This document shows, in pieces, positions 1 to 7,565 of a stretch of 30,147 bases of DNA. Position 1 is the first letter of the stretch. Each line of letters begins with the position of its first letter. The position numbers were made by a program, and so were the translations under genes. Source of the DNA: a virus; the IMG/VR virus record IMGVR_UViG_3300045988_114868, positions 1-30,147 of that record; one strand, 5' to 3'. The notes below the pieces were generated by a model. That model saw only the letters and a list, made by a program, of their open reading frames with translations. It was not told the DNA's origin and did not search any database.

Positions 1-55
1 CCCGTTGAAAACTATCGGCATCGAACACTACCTCTTCGATCTCGGATACCCGATC
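1..55. repeat. Terminal direct repeat identical to 30093-30147: assembly overlap closing a circular or circularly permuted 30,092-bp genome
   Basis: cccgttgaaaactatcggcatcgaacactacctcttcgatctcggatacccgatc is read at both window ends. An ORF is continuous across the junction. Confidence 0.95.
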
Positions 56-154
56 GAGAAGGTCGCCGAAATCTACGACATAGATGAAGAATCCGTTAGG
101 AAAATCTACCGCGACTATAAGAAATACATCCTACCGACAGGGAGCATCAAATGA
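2..154 (+). CDS. 3' part of a 58-aa junction-spanning ORF that starts at ATG 30070; small HTH-like protein
   Basis: Product MTRKLNDVPLKTIGIEHYLFDLGYPIEKVAEIYDIDEESVRKIYRDYKKYILPTGSIK. The frame is continuous once the 55-bp overlap is collapsed (177 nt total). Stop TGA 152-154 overlaps the next ATG (ATGA). Preferred over track ORF 84..362, whose product is Arg/His-rich and looks off-frame. Confidence 0.6.
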   Translation, partial: PLKTIGIEHYLFDLGYPIEKVAEIYDIDEESVRKIYRDYKKYILPTGSIK

Positions 155-321
155 AAGCGGAAACAAGGAAACAGATCATCAGATGGCATATGGCCGACTT
201 GACCGTCGACGAAATCGCCCCGATCATCCCGCAGTACAGCAAGGACGAGATCAAAGCCGTCATCAACGAACACGAGAGGCAGGTGGAATGGGAACGACTG
301 ATGAGTGGATTGCGTACCTGA
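151..321 (+). CDS. 56-aa hypothetical small protein, possible HTH
   Basis: Product MKAETRKQIIRWHMADLTVDEIAPIIPQYSKDEIKAVINEHERQVEWERLMSGLRT. Below the track length cut-off. SD AGGGAG lies 6 nt upstream, the start couples to the upstream stop by ATGA, and terminator 385-415 follows. Confidence 0.55.
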   Translation: MKAETRKQIIRWHMADLTVDEIAPIIPQYSKDEIKAVINEHERQVEWERLMSGLRT

Positions 322-384
322 TACTCGCACTAACAATCATCATCTCCTACAGGGGGCGATGATCGGGTGAACCTGCCCGATTAC

Positions 385-415
385 GGCGTGTCGCATCAAC
401 GTGGCACGCCTTTTT
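385..415 (+). terminator. 26-nt hairpin GGCGTGTCGCATCAACGTGGCACGCC plus T5; also carries the GGCGTGTCG box
   Basis: 8-bp arms (one G-U) followed by TTTTT. Ends the unit that starts at 28651. Confidence 0.7.
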
Positions 416-416
416 A

Positions 417-425
417 TGATATATT
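417..425 (+). promoter_or_regulatory. Extended -10 promoter TGaTATATT
   Basis: TGnTATnnT shared with 1552, 3766 and 23878. A conserved ATATCAAGCA follows. Confidence 0.55.
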
Positions 426-471
426 AAGCATATCAAGCAAGGAGCTTGACAAACACAAAAAGGAGCAACCA

Positions 472-828
472 ATGAACACCATCACCACAGACGAAATCAA
501 AACCATGATGCACAACATCGACGTACGCTTCGATCGGAAAAGCCACTACGACACCAACGTCATGCCAAAAGGCATGATCTACCACGTCGGCGACCACAAA
601 TACGTCACACTCGACGACTATGCACAAACCTTCGAAGACTACGAATGGGACCACGACGGAGCTGAATGGGCCTGCTACCTCTACACGCTCACCAAAAACA
701 ATCCGGAACGCATCGACTTCTACACTCAGGCATACGCCATCGGAGGCATGGAAACACTCGAAACCATCTACAACAACGTAACCGAAAACGAACTGCAAAC
801 CATCGTCTACCCGATCTACAAGCACTGA
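472..828 (+). CDS. Hypothetical acidic protein, 118 aa
   Basis: ATG 472 has SD AGGAG 6 nt upstream. The track ORF 367..828 begins at a GTG inside the upstream terminator/promoter, so the internal ATG is preferred. Confidence 0.7.
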   Translation: MNTITTDEIKTMMHNIDVRFDRKSHYDTNVMPKGMIYHVGDHKYVTLDDYAQTFEDYEWDHDGAEWACYLYTLTKNNPERIDFYTQAYAIGGMETLETIYNNVTENELQTIVYPIYKH

Positions 829-853
829 CAACCACACGAAAAAGGAGCCAAAA

Positions 854-1447
854 ATGGAGACCAACAACCTCAACAGGAAATTCGCTGAAGTCCTCAACGA
901 AGTCCCGAACTTCAGCACCGACGAAACCGCCAACGCCGGAAGCCGCACCTACAAATACCTCAACCTCGCCACACTCCTCAAGAACATCAAACCGATCTTC
1001 GCGAAACACGGACTCGCATTCACCCAAAAAGTGACCTTCAACGGCACAGGAGACGGACGCCAAATCCTCGGTACCATCGAAACCATCATTTTCGACGACA
1101 CCGATCAGATGACAGTCTGCGAATACCCGTTCTTCGTGACCGGAGACCCCCAACAAGTCGGCAGCGCCATCACCTACGCACGCCGCTACAGCCTCACCAC
1201 CATTCTCGGCATCTTCCCCGACAAGGACGACGACGGAGCATACGCACGGCAGCAGTACGAAACCGCCGACAAGCAAATCGGAGCCGACCAGTACGCCACA
1301 CTTGTCAAAGCAATGGACGCACACTCCATCCCGACAGAAGCACGAGGTGAATTCATCAGCGGCACACTCAGCCGGTCAGTCAAAGGCTGGCGAGGCATCA
1401 CCCAATCCGACATGACGAAACTCATGAATGCTCTCAACAGAATGTAG
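854..1447 (+). CDS. erf: ERF-family single-strand annealing recombinase
   Basis: Core motif QQVGSAITYARRYSLTTILGIFPDKDDDG is typical of ERF proteins. SD AAGGAG precedes the start and terminator 1456-1485 follows. Confidence 0.8.
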   Translation: METNNLNRKFAEVLNEVPNFSTDETANAGSRTYKYLNLATLLKNIKPIFAKHGLAFTQKVTFNGTGDGRQILGTIETIIFDDTDQMTVCEYPFFVTGDPQQVGSAITYARRYSLTTILGIFPDKDDDGAYARQQYETADKQIGADQYATLVKAMDAHSIPTEARGEFISGTLSRSVKGWRGITQSDMTKLMNALNRM

Positions 1448-1455
1448 CAAAGACA

Positions 1456-1485
1456 AGCCCCGATACTCACACGTCGGGGCTTTTA
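1456..1485 (+). terminator. Intrinsic terminator after erf
   Basis: AGCCCCGA/TCGGGGCT stem followed by TTTT. Confidence 0.7.
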
Positions 1486-1519
1486 TCATATCCGGAACAC
1501 GATGAAGGAGCGAAGAAAA

Positions 1520-1560
1520 CGACACGCCGATATACCCCCAACCTTCATAAATGATATAGT
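1520..1560 (+). promoter_or_regulatory. Inverted box CGACACGCC, 26 nt, then extended -10 TGaTATAGT
   Basis: Read directly. Same box-to--10 spacing as at 385-425. Confidence 0.5.
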
Positions 1561-1587
1561 AAGAATATCAACCAAGAAAGGAAGACA

Positions 1588-2490
1588 ATGAAAATCATCA
1601 ACCTATCACAAACAAACAACACCAACGCATGGCTCAACGAACGCATCGGCCGCATCACTGGCACCAAAAGCGGCGGCCTAGCCCTCGAACCACGCACACC
1701 AATCAACATCGAAAAACTCACAGAATCCCGCAACAAAGCACTAGAACAGTCCAGAACAGCGAAAACACCAGAAAAAACCACCGAATACTACCAAAAAGCA
1801 CAAGAATACGACGAACGAATCATCGAAGCCGAAACCCAAAACAAACAACTCAAGACCGGCATCGAATTCTGGAAATTCCTAGCCGAAACACTCGCCGACC
1901 AGCCAGACAACGAACCACCAATGGAACGAGGACACAGACTCGAACCGGAAAACATCCAACTCACAATCCAACAACTCGGATACCAACAAGAAGACTGCGT
2001 CACCGACTGCGGCATCTGGGAAAGCGATGAAGACAATCGAATCGCATGCAGTCCAGACGCCTACGAAAACACCGAAAACCCCACATGGGCCATTGAATGT
2101 AAAAGCCTAGGCTCCGCCTACCACCTGCAAACAGTCATACCATGGATGACACACATTCAAGCCCTTGACGGAACAACCATTCCACCGGAACTGGCTGACA
2201 TGGCCGACCGAATCCTACCGGCGTGCACCTTAGACCAGCAAGCCACCGGATTCGACTTCATACCAGACAAATACAAGGCGCAAGTACTCCAATACTTTGT
2301 TGTATGCGACACACTCAACACCCTCTACTTCAGCCTGTACGACCCACGCGTCTGCAGCGACGCACGACACCAGATAATCCCAGTCAACCGAAAGGACATC
2401 AGAACACTCATCGCCAATCACAAGCAACGACAACTCGCCGCACTCCACCTCGTAGACACCATCTCAAAAATGACAGGAGCCACATTCTGA
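1588..2490 (+). CDS. YqaJ-type (lambda-exonuclease fold) recombination exonuclease, 300 aa
   Basis: N-terminal WLNERIGRITGTKSGGL and a later ECKSL (E-x-K) PD-(D/E)XK-like motif. Adjacent to erf, as in Erf/exonuclease pairs. A Lys/Glu-rich stretch of about 70 aa lies between the N-terminal motif and MERGHRLEPEN. Confidence 0.7.
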   Translation: MKIINLSQTNNTNAWLNERIGRITGTKSGGLALEPRTPINIEKLTESRNKALEQSRTAKTPEKTTEYYQKAQEYDERIIEAETQNKQLKTGIEFWKFLAETLADQPDNEPPMERGHRLEPENIQLTIQQLGYQQEDCVTDCGIWESDEDNRIACSPDAYENTENPTWAIECKSLGSAYHLQTVIPWMTHIQALDGTTIPPELADMADRILPACTLDQQATGFDFIPDKYKAQVLQYFVVCDTLNTLYFSLYDPRVCSDARHQIIPVNRKDIRTLIANHKQRQLAALHLVDTISKMTGATF

Positions 2491-2768
2491 TGAACACCAC
2501 CGCCCTTACCTCAAGCAAAGACATATGGGTACTCTTCGATGGATGCCCCACCTGCCATCCGGAAAGCGCGACATACCTCAACGAATGCCGGACACAAGCA
2601 CAAAAAACACGACGACAACTCCACGTCGTACCATCAGGCAGCCAAACAGCCACACTGATAAGACTCATCGCCCAAAACCAAGGACAACACATCGAATATC
2701 CAATGATCCTCACGGACGGCATCATCCGATACAGCCCACAAGACATCACAGAAAGGAGCCACCAATGA
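2490..2768 (+). CDS. 92-aa CxxC protein, possibly thioredoxin/glutaredoxin-like
   Basis: VLFDGCPTCH motif. ATG 2490 overlaps the upstream stop (TGATG). This is the internal start of track ORF 2223..2768. Confidence 0.5.
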   Translation: MNTTALTSSKDIWVLFDGCPTCHPESATYLNECRTQAQKTRRQLHVVPSGSQTATLIRLIAQNQGQHIEYPMILTDGIIRYSPQDITERSHQ

Positions 2769-3100
2769 AAACAGAATGGTGGACCGCAGTCATCACAGCC
2801 GGACTCACAGCCGGATACGCCACCACGGTAACCCAACTATCACCAGGACCCGGATACGCCTTCAGCAAACTCAGAAAACAACTCACAGCCAAAACTGAAA
2901 ACCAAACCAACGACCTGACAGCCAGCCTCGAAGAACTCGCCTACTGCGGATGGTGCCTCAGCCCATACCTGGCTCTCCCCGCATGGGTAGCGGCCACAAA
3001 AGCTTTCCACATCCACTTCAGCCTCAAATGGATAATCGGACTGGCCGCAGCAACAAGCATTGCCGCCTACTACCGACACCAAGCAGAAAGCAGAATCTAA
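2765..3100 (+). CDS. 111-aa predicted membrane protein
   Basis: Hydrophobic segments WWTAVITAGLTAGYATTV, LSPYLALPAWVAA and WIIGLAAATSIAAYY. ATGA overlap with the upstream gene. Confidence 0.6.
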   Translation: MKTEWWTAVITAGLTAGYATTVTQLSPGPGYAFSKLRKQLTAKTENQTNDLTASLEELAYCGWCLSPYLALPAWVAATKAFHIHFSLKWIIGLAAATSIAAYYRHQAESRI

Positions 3101-3387
3101 TGCGCAGCATCCCACAACGACACGTGATCATGATCCTTCACCTGATCAAGGAACCCATCACCCAAGAACACCTGACAACAATAGCCCCGATGCTCGGCTG
3201 CCGTGACACGCCACAAAGTCTGAGAAGCCGCTTGGTCGAACTCGAACGCGAAGGATACACACACCGCGTCGACAGGACCGGGATCAGCGCCAGAAAACGC
3301 CCCTGCTGGAGATGGCAGCTCACCAAGAAAGGCGAGGAACTCGCACAGGAACTCCTCGACCCCAACACTCCAGACGAAAGGAAATGA
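3100..3387 (+). CDS. 95-aa winged-helix DNA-binding protein
   Basis: LRSRLVELEREGYTHRVDRTG...WRWQLTKKGEEL resembles a recognition helix plus wing. TAATG overlap with the upstream gene. Confidence 0.5.
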   Translation: MRSIPQRHVIMILHLIKEPITQEHLTTIAPMLGCRDTPQSLRSRLVELEREGYTHRVDRTGISARKRPCWRWQLTKKGEELAQELLDPNTPDERK

Positions 3388-3394
3388 GAACACC

Positions 3395-3721
3395 ATGGCA
3401 ACAAAACCATTCACCGTCACCATCGAAGGCAAGGAAATCACAGTACGCCAGAACGCCTACACAGGACTCTTCTACGCCATCCGGAATGACGGCAGGCATA
3501 CTCCGGTCAACTACCGTCTTGTTAAAGCGCAGACTTCCAGCATGCAGCGGCTTAAATATTGGAGGAACCGTTACGGGTACACGCAGTCAGACCTCGCCGA
3601 AAGACTTCACGTGTCCAGTAAAACCATCATCGAGATGTGGGAAAACGGGTTAAGGCACCCGCTCAAGAAATACAGGCAGTTGATCAATGCCGAACTCAGC
3701 TCGGACATATTCCCCGACTGA
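3395..3721 (+). CDS. 108-aa protein with C-terminal XRE/Cro-type helix-turn-helix
   Basis: LKYWRNRYGYTQSDLAERLHVSSKTIIEMWENGLRHP fits the HTH_XRE pattern. Confidence 0.7.
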   Translation: MATKPFTVTIEGKEITVRQNAYTGLFYAIRNDGRHTPVNYRLVKAQTSSMQRLKYWRNRYGYTQSDLAERLHVSSKTIIEMWENGLRHPLKKYRQLINAELSSDIFPD

Positions 3722-3734
3722 TTCTCCCATCAAT

Positions 3735-3760
3735 GGCGTGTCGCATCAACGTGACACGCC
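3735..3760 (+). promoter_or_regulatory. Second copy of the 26-nt hairpin (GGCGTGTCGCATCAACGTGACACGCC), a perfect 8-bp palindromic pair of boxes
   Basis: Differs from 385-410 at one base. No T-tract follows, so it looks more like an operator than a terminator. Confidence 0.55.
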
Positions 3761-3765
3761 ATATA

Positions 3766-3774
3766 TGATATGAT
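3766..3774 (+). promoter_or_regulatory. Extended -10 promoter TGaTATGAT
   Basis: Same architecture and downstream ATATCAAGCA as at 417-440. Confidence 0.55.
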
Positions 3775-3822
3775 AAATATATCAAGCAGGGAACCCACCA
3801 CAACACAAAAAAGGAACCAAAA

Positions 3823-4092
3823 ATGGAAACCGTCAAATACCTCACCACCATCATCAGCCTCATCATGCAACAGCCGAAAATCGGCACCATCCTCGACGAG
3901 GACGGACTCGACCCGGAAATCACCTACGGACGAATCGGCATCAAAGACTACACCGCGTTCATCAACCTCTACGGCCTATTGAACGGCATCGAAAAAGTCG
4001 AAACCACACCAGTCCACGAAATCGACAACGGCATCGGATATGACTTCACCATGACAACCCCGATCACACTACACTTTTTCCATTGGAAGTAG
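3823..4092 (+). CDS. 89-aa hypothetical protein
   Basis: Canonical initiation context aaaaaggaaccaaaaATG, own promoter 3766-3774, terminator 4107-4152. Confidence 0.65.
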   Translation: METVKYLTTIISLIMQQPKIGTILDEDGLDPEITYGRIGIKDYTAFINLYGLLNGIEKVETTPVHEIDNGIGYDFTMTTPITLHFFHWK

Positions 4093-4106
4093 CCTCCAAA
4101 ACATAC

Positions 4107-4152
4107 AAAAACGCCCCACATCCAGCCAAACAAGCCGGACGCGGGGCGTTTT
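4107..4152. terminator. Bidirectional hairpin between convergent genes 3823-4092 (+) and 4168-4467 (-)
   Basis: AAAACGCCCC ... GGGGCGTTTT outer stem. Confidence 0.65.
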
Positions 4153-4167
4153 ACACACCAGGATCAA

Positions 4168-4467
4168 TCAGCGGCTCACACCGGCATAATGCACGCCGAA
4201 CAAACCAGCCACGCCAGAACCAACCAGCGCACAAGCGCCACCGACGACGGCAACCCACGACGGAACACCCGGAACGGCACTCACCAAACTGGCCACCGCA
4301 CCGGCAATTCCCACCAACCCAGATACCAAATACGCCACACGACGCGTCTCAGCATCAAAAGTCGGCACATAATTATCACTGCCATCCGCGCACTCATTCG
4401 TGATCATGGTTCCCGAAGTCGGATCACCAGACAACGAATCATCAACCAACATCACATGCTTAGCCAT
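4168..4467 (-). CDS. 99-aa membrane protein downstream of the endolysin (holin-like or lysis accessory)
   Basis: Two C-terminal hydrophobic segments: AYLVSGLVGIAGAVASLVSAV and WVAVVGGACALVGSGVAGLFGV. ATG 4467 lies 10 nt after GAAAGGA. The track start 4476 is a TTG. Confidence 0.55.
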   Translation of the reverse strand: MAKHVMLVDDSLSGDPTSGTMITNECADGSDNYVPTFDAETRRVAYLVSGLVGIAGAVASLVSAVPGVPSWVAVVGGACALVGSGVAGLFGVHYAGVSR

Positions 4468-4486
4468 AAACAACAAATCCTTTCAA

Positions 4487-5329
4487 TCAGTGAAAAATAA
4501 TACCGTCATTAAGACGCTTCTGGAATTCCTTCACAGCCATGCTCGGAGCAGGACTGATCACACCATCCCCCTCGAACCCATTCATCTCCACAAGGAACCG
4601 ACGAATGAACTCAGGACCCGCATTACGCGGCAGGTCAGTAATGCCGAAACGGTATGACATCCACTCCACCCAATCACTGCCGGAAGTCCCCTCCTCCAAA
4701 CAGGCGATGTTCTGATTCTCGATACACCGAATCTGCCCGGACATGACACCATCGACAGACGTGCCAGCAACCTCCTGAGCCCTACGCATCGTCAAAGGAC
4801 CCCAAGACCCATCAACCTCAAGCTTCGTAACCGACTGCGTCGCAGGCTGCACAGGCACCGGATTCGACGGAGCCACAAACCCCCGAGCCAAACAATCCAA
4901 ACGATCCAGATCATACGAGCCCGGACACTGCGTCGCAGAACAATCACGATGACGAATCAACGGCAAATCACCATACTCCGCCCGAAGATCACGGATAAGC
5001 TCGGCGATCGTCTCATAATCACCATCCGACTGGCGAGGATTGCACTCAATGCCGATACCCATATCATTGCCCTTGGAACCAACACCAACCCCATCCCCGG
5101 CATTCCATGCACGGTCATCAGGGTCCACGATACACGCCACACGGCCAGCCTCAGCCACATAATGCGCGGAAGCACCACGAGACGGATTGCACAAGGTATT
5201 GATGACGCCCTCGAACGTCGGATTCGTATTCGGGTCACCCCACCAATGAATCACAATGAATTTGATACCGTACGGGCGACCACTCGTATAATTCGGACTA
5301 TCAAACTGAGTGATATTTTCATACGACAT
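4487..5329 (-). CDS. Endolysin: N-acetylmuramoyl-L-alanine amidase (Amidase_2/PGRP type) with a C-terminal putative wall-binding region
   Basis: IVIHWWGDP, HYVAEAGRVACIVDPDDRAWNAGDG, GIECNPR and RHRDCSATQCPG (His/His/Cys zinc ligand pattern). ATG 5329 is preceded by AAGGAG. The track N-terminal extension is rejected. Confidence 0.8.
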   Translation of the reverse strand: MSYENITQFDSPNYTSGRPYGIKFIVIHWWGDPNTNPTFEGVINTLCNPSRGASAHYVAEAGRVACIVDPDDRAWNAGDGVGVGSKGNDMGIGIECNPRQSDGDYETIAELIRDLRAEYGDLPLIRHRDCSATQCPGSYDLDRLDCLARGFVAPSNPVPVQPATQSVTKLEVDGSWGPLTMRRAQEVAGTSVDGVMSGQIRCIENQNIACLEEGTSGSDWVEWMSYRFGITDLPRNAGPEFIRRFLVEMNGFEGDGVISPAPSMAVKEFQKRLNDGIIFH

Positions 5330-5342
5330 TTTCTGTCTCCTT

Positions 5343-5534
5343 TCAAACAGTAAACGCATACCAAACAGTATAAAGAAAACGGGCAAAAGCCGGAATCCCG
5401 GTGGCAAGCAGATAACCGCCCACTACCATGACGCCAATAAGAAATGACGACAAAAGAATGAGAACGACGTTCTCGATGAATTCATGGCTCATATCATCCA
5501 GCATACCAAAGCACCCTACGCTAGACTTAATCAT
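5343..5534 (-). CDS. Small two-TM protein upstream of the endolysin (putative holin)
   Basis: VVLILLSSFLIGVMVVGGYLLA plus GIPAFARFLYTVWYAF. Start is uncertain (5534, 5504 or 5492) and none has a clear SD. Confidence 0.5.
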   Translation of the reverse strand: MIKSSVGCFGMLDDMSHEFIENVVLILLSSFLIGVMVVGGYLLATGIPAFARFLYTVWYAFTV

Positions 5535-5879
5535 ATGACCGAACTAATATCATCCATCATCGGACTCGCCGGCATAGCAGTAGGAGGCACCATCACATGG
5601 GTCACCACACGTCGCACCAACCTCACCACCTCCTACCAACATCTCGTAGAAGCACAAGGCGAACTCAAAAAACAAATCGACGCCCAAGACGAAAAAATAG
5701 ACAAACTCATCCGAACACGAGACGCATTACAACACACAAGCGACCTCGAAACCAGCTACATTCGTAAACTAGGCCACTGGCTCTCCGAATTCTGCGAAAT
5801 AGTCGACGATGAATTCCTCTCACGCCACCCGAAACCATCCCTACCAGACGAACTACGAGACCGCATCTGCCCCCTCTAA
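5535..5879 (+). CDS. 114-aa N-terminally membrane-anchored coiled-coil protein, counter-oriented inside the late block
   Basis: MTELISSIIGLAGIAVGGTITWV followed by heptad-like QHLVEAQGELKKQIDAQDEKIDKLIRTRDAL. Alternative start 5484. The antisense track ORFs here look spurious. Confidence 0.6.
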   Translation: MTELISSIIGLAGIAVGGTITWVTTRRTNLTTSYQHLVEAQGELKKQIDAQDEKIDKLIRTRDALQHTSDLETSYIRKLGHWLSEFCEIVDDEFLSRHPKPSLPDELRDRICPL

Positions 5880-5889
5880 CCGACCCCGA

Positions 5890-5931
5890 CATAAAACAAG
5901 CGCCACGATCGAACAAACACGATCGTGGCGC
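5890..5931 (-). terminator. Intrinsic terminator after the tail fibre gene (minus strand); also closes the plus-strand gene 5535-5879
   Basis: Perfect 12-bp stem GCGCCACGATCG/CGATCGTGGCGC. A T-rich tail (TTGTTTTATG) is present only on the minus strand. Confidence 0.7.
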
Positions 5932-5963
5932 ACTCGTCAAAAAACCGAAAACCCGGCAAACCC

Positions 5964-6863
5964 TTAATACCGTCTGGAAATCGGCCAGCTCACACTACCC
6001 CTACGAGAACCAGTCGAACCGTTAGCACCCCTATTAGTGACCTTAATGGTACCGCCAGTATCCACCATCAACAAGCCAGTAGAACTACCACCATTCTCAA
6101 CGCAAAGCGCAGCCGAAACATCCACCGCGGGGCGACACGCCTGCTTCACCTTATCAGTAAAAGGAACCTCAGCCCACGAGCCGTTATCGATCTGAATACC
6201 GGAAACCTGAACAGTACAAGAATCCGCACCATACAAGAGCGTCAAACTACCATTAAGCCAATTAGTGGAAACCACTTCAAGAGTGTCATGCCAGACACCG
6301 TTCTCCCTCACATACCGGGTGCCGGTAGCTGCCACCAACACCTCCTGCCCGTCAGCTACGGTAAGAGCATTCAACCTATCTGTGTTAGCAACTTCCATCA
6401 GCATGTTCCGATGCAACACAGGAAACACGTCAGAAATAACACCAGCAGTAACATAGGCAAGCACCAAACCGGGAATCGCACTATCGGCAGCTGACTCCGG
6501 ATACACTTTCACCAAGCCACGAGGCACACTCCCCTGTGAATGATTCGGATCCTCCACAATGACCGCGATCTTATAATTGCCAGACGGACCGGGAAGCGTC
6601 ACGGTCTCATCGCTCATAATGGCATAAGTGTAAGCCCCGACACTAGCCCACGGGCTCAATATCCCACAATGAGGTCGGACAGTGACCTTCAACCCGTCGA
6701 TCACACACAACGGGCTCGAAGCCCCATACAACACGCCGGAAACGCAGTTAAAAGCCGTACCATCAGACGGAGCCAGAAACGGGTTAACGACATGCCGAAA
6801 ATTGTCAGCCGTGTAAGACGGAGACCCACCAACAGCAGTCAACGGATGCATGATAATACTCAT
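5964..6863 (-). CDS. 299-aa tail fibre / receptor-binding candidate (structural, function by position)
   Basis: Last gene of the tail module. SD GGAGAG lies 6 nt upstream and minus-strand terminator 5890-5931 follows. Confidence 0.5.
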   Translation of the reverse strand: MSIIMHPLTAVGGSPSYTADNFRHVVNPFLAPSDGTAFNCVSGVLYGASSPLCVIDGLKVTVRPHCGILSPWASVGAYTYAIMSDETVTLPGPSGNYKIAVIVEDPNHSQGSVPRGLVKVYPESAADSAIPGLVLAYVTAGVISDVFPVLHRNMLMEVANTDRLNALTVADGQEVLVAATGTRYVRENGVWHDTLEVVSTNWLNGSLTLLYGADSCTVQVSGIQIDNGSWAEVPFTDKVKQACRPAVDVSAALCVENGGSSTGLLMVDTGGTIKVTNRGANGSTGSRRGSVSWPISRRY

Positions 6864-6866
6864 CAG

Positions 6867-7559
6867 CTACTCTCCAACAGTAGATTTCTTAATATAATTC
6901 TCCTCTATGTTAGCAATCTTTGCAGAAAGACTCTCGACCGTGCCCTTCAACCCATCCACCTCACTCATGCTCTCCTGCGCCAACCGTAAAGCAGCCATAC
7001 TCAACTTCGCATAGTCAACACCGACAGGAACACCATCATCATCATATTCGCAAAAGAAACCAAGACCGGCATCATCCAAATCCTCAGCAAGGAGGCCGAC
7101 AACCGGCTGCGCGTCATCAAGTTTCAAATTCAAATCATCCCTGAACCAATACACGCGCCATTTCACCCGACGGAGAGCATCCAACGGAATGAACCCGTCA
7201 GCATCAGCAACATTCGTCACCGAACACGCCGACGAACAATCACCGCCCAACGTGCCATCATAAAGACAATAAACCGGCTTCCGAGAAGCCGACGAAATCA
7301 TAGCATCAAACACGTTCTGAACACCGGTGCCACCATGAGCTGGCACCACTATCGCACCAGGCCTGCCAACATCGCTCTGACTCACGTCAGTGGCCAACGA
7401 CTCGAAATCACCCTCGACGGCGGCAACACGCCCTCCCAACCGGTTGATGCTCTTACCGATGCTAGCCGTCAACTCCCGCAACTGACGGCGGACCTCCGAA
7501 AACTGGCGTGCGGTAGCATCCACCCCATCAAGCGAAAACCTGAACTTACCTTGCATCAT
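6867..7559 (-). CDS. Tail fibre protein with C-terminal intramolecular-chaperone (Peptidase_S74-like) domain
   Basis: GGTG fibre motif (VPAHGGTGVQN). C-terminal VVGLLAEDLDDAGLGFFCEYDDDGVPVGVDYAKLSMAALRLAQESMSEVDGLKGTVESL matches the S74 chaperone pattern. AGGAGG SD; the second ATG (7556) is equally possible. Confidence 0.65.
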   Translation of the reverse strand: MMQGKFRFSLDGVDATARQFSEVRRQLRELTASIGKSINRLGGRVAAVEGDFESLATDVSQSDVGRPGAIVVPAHGGTGVQNVFDAMISSASRKPVYCLYDGTLGGDCSSACSVTNVADADGFIPLDALRRVKWRVYWFRDDLNLKLDDAQPVVGLLAEDLDDAGLGFFCEYDDDGVPVGVDYAKLSMAALRLAQESMSEVDGLKGTVESLSAKIANIEENYIKKSTVGE

Positions 7560-7565
7560 ATCCTC

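Noticed and set aside
84-362. Track ORF of 92 aa on the plus strand
   Set aside because: Its product is Arg/His/Gln-rich and looks off-frame. Two shorter ORFs in the other frames (2-154 and 151-321) have SDs, ATGA coupling and natural-looking sequences.
433-1324. Antisense ORFs 433..948 and 689..1324 (171 and 211 aa)
   Set aside because: These are shadow ORFs opposite well-supported plus-strand genes (472-828, erf). The skewed composition suppresses stop codons on the opposite strand. The products are Val/Gly/Phe/Cys-rich and have no SD.
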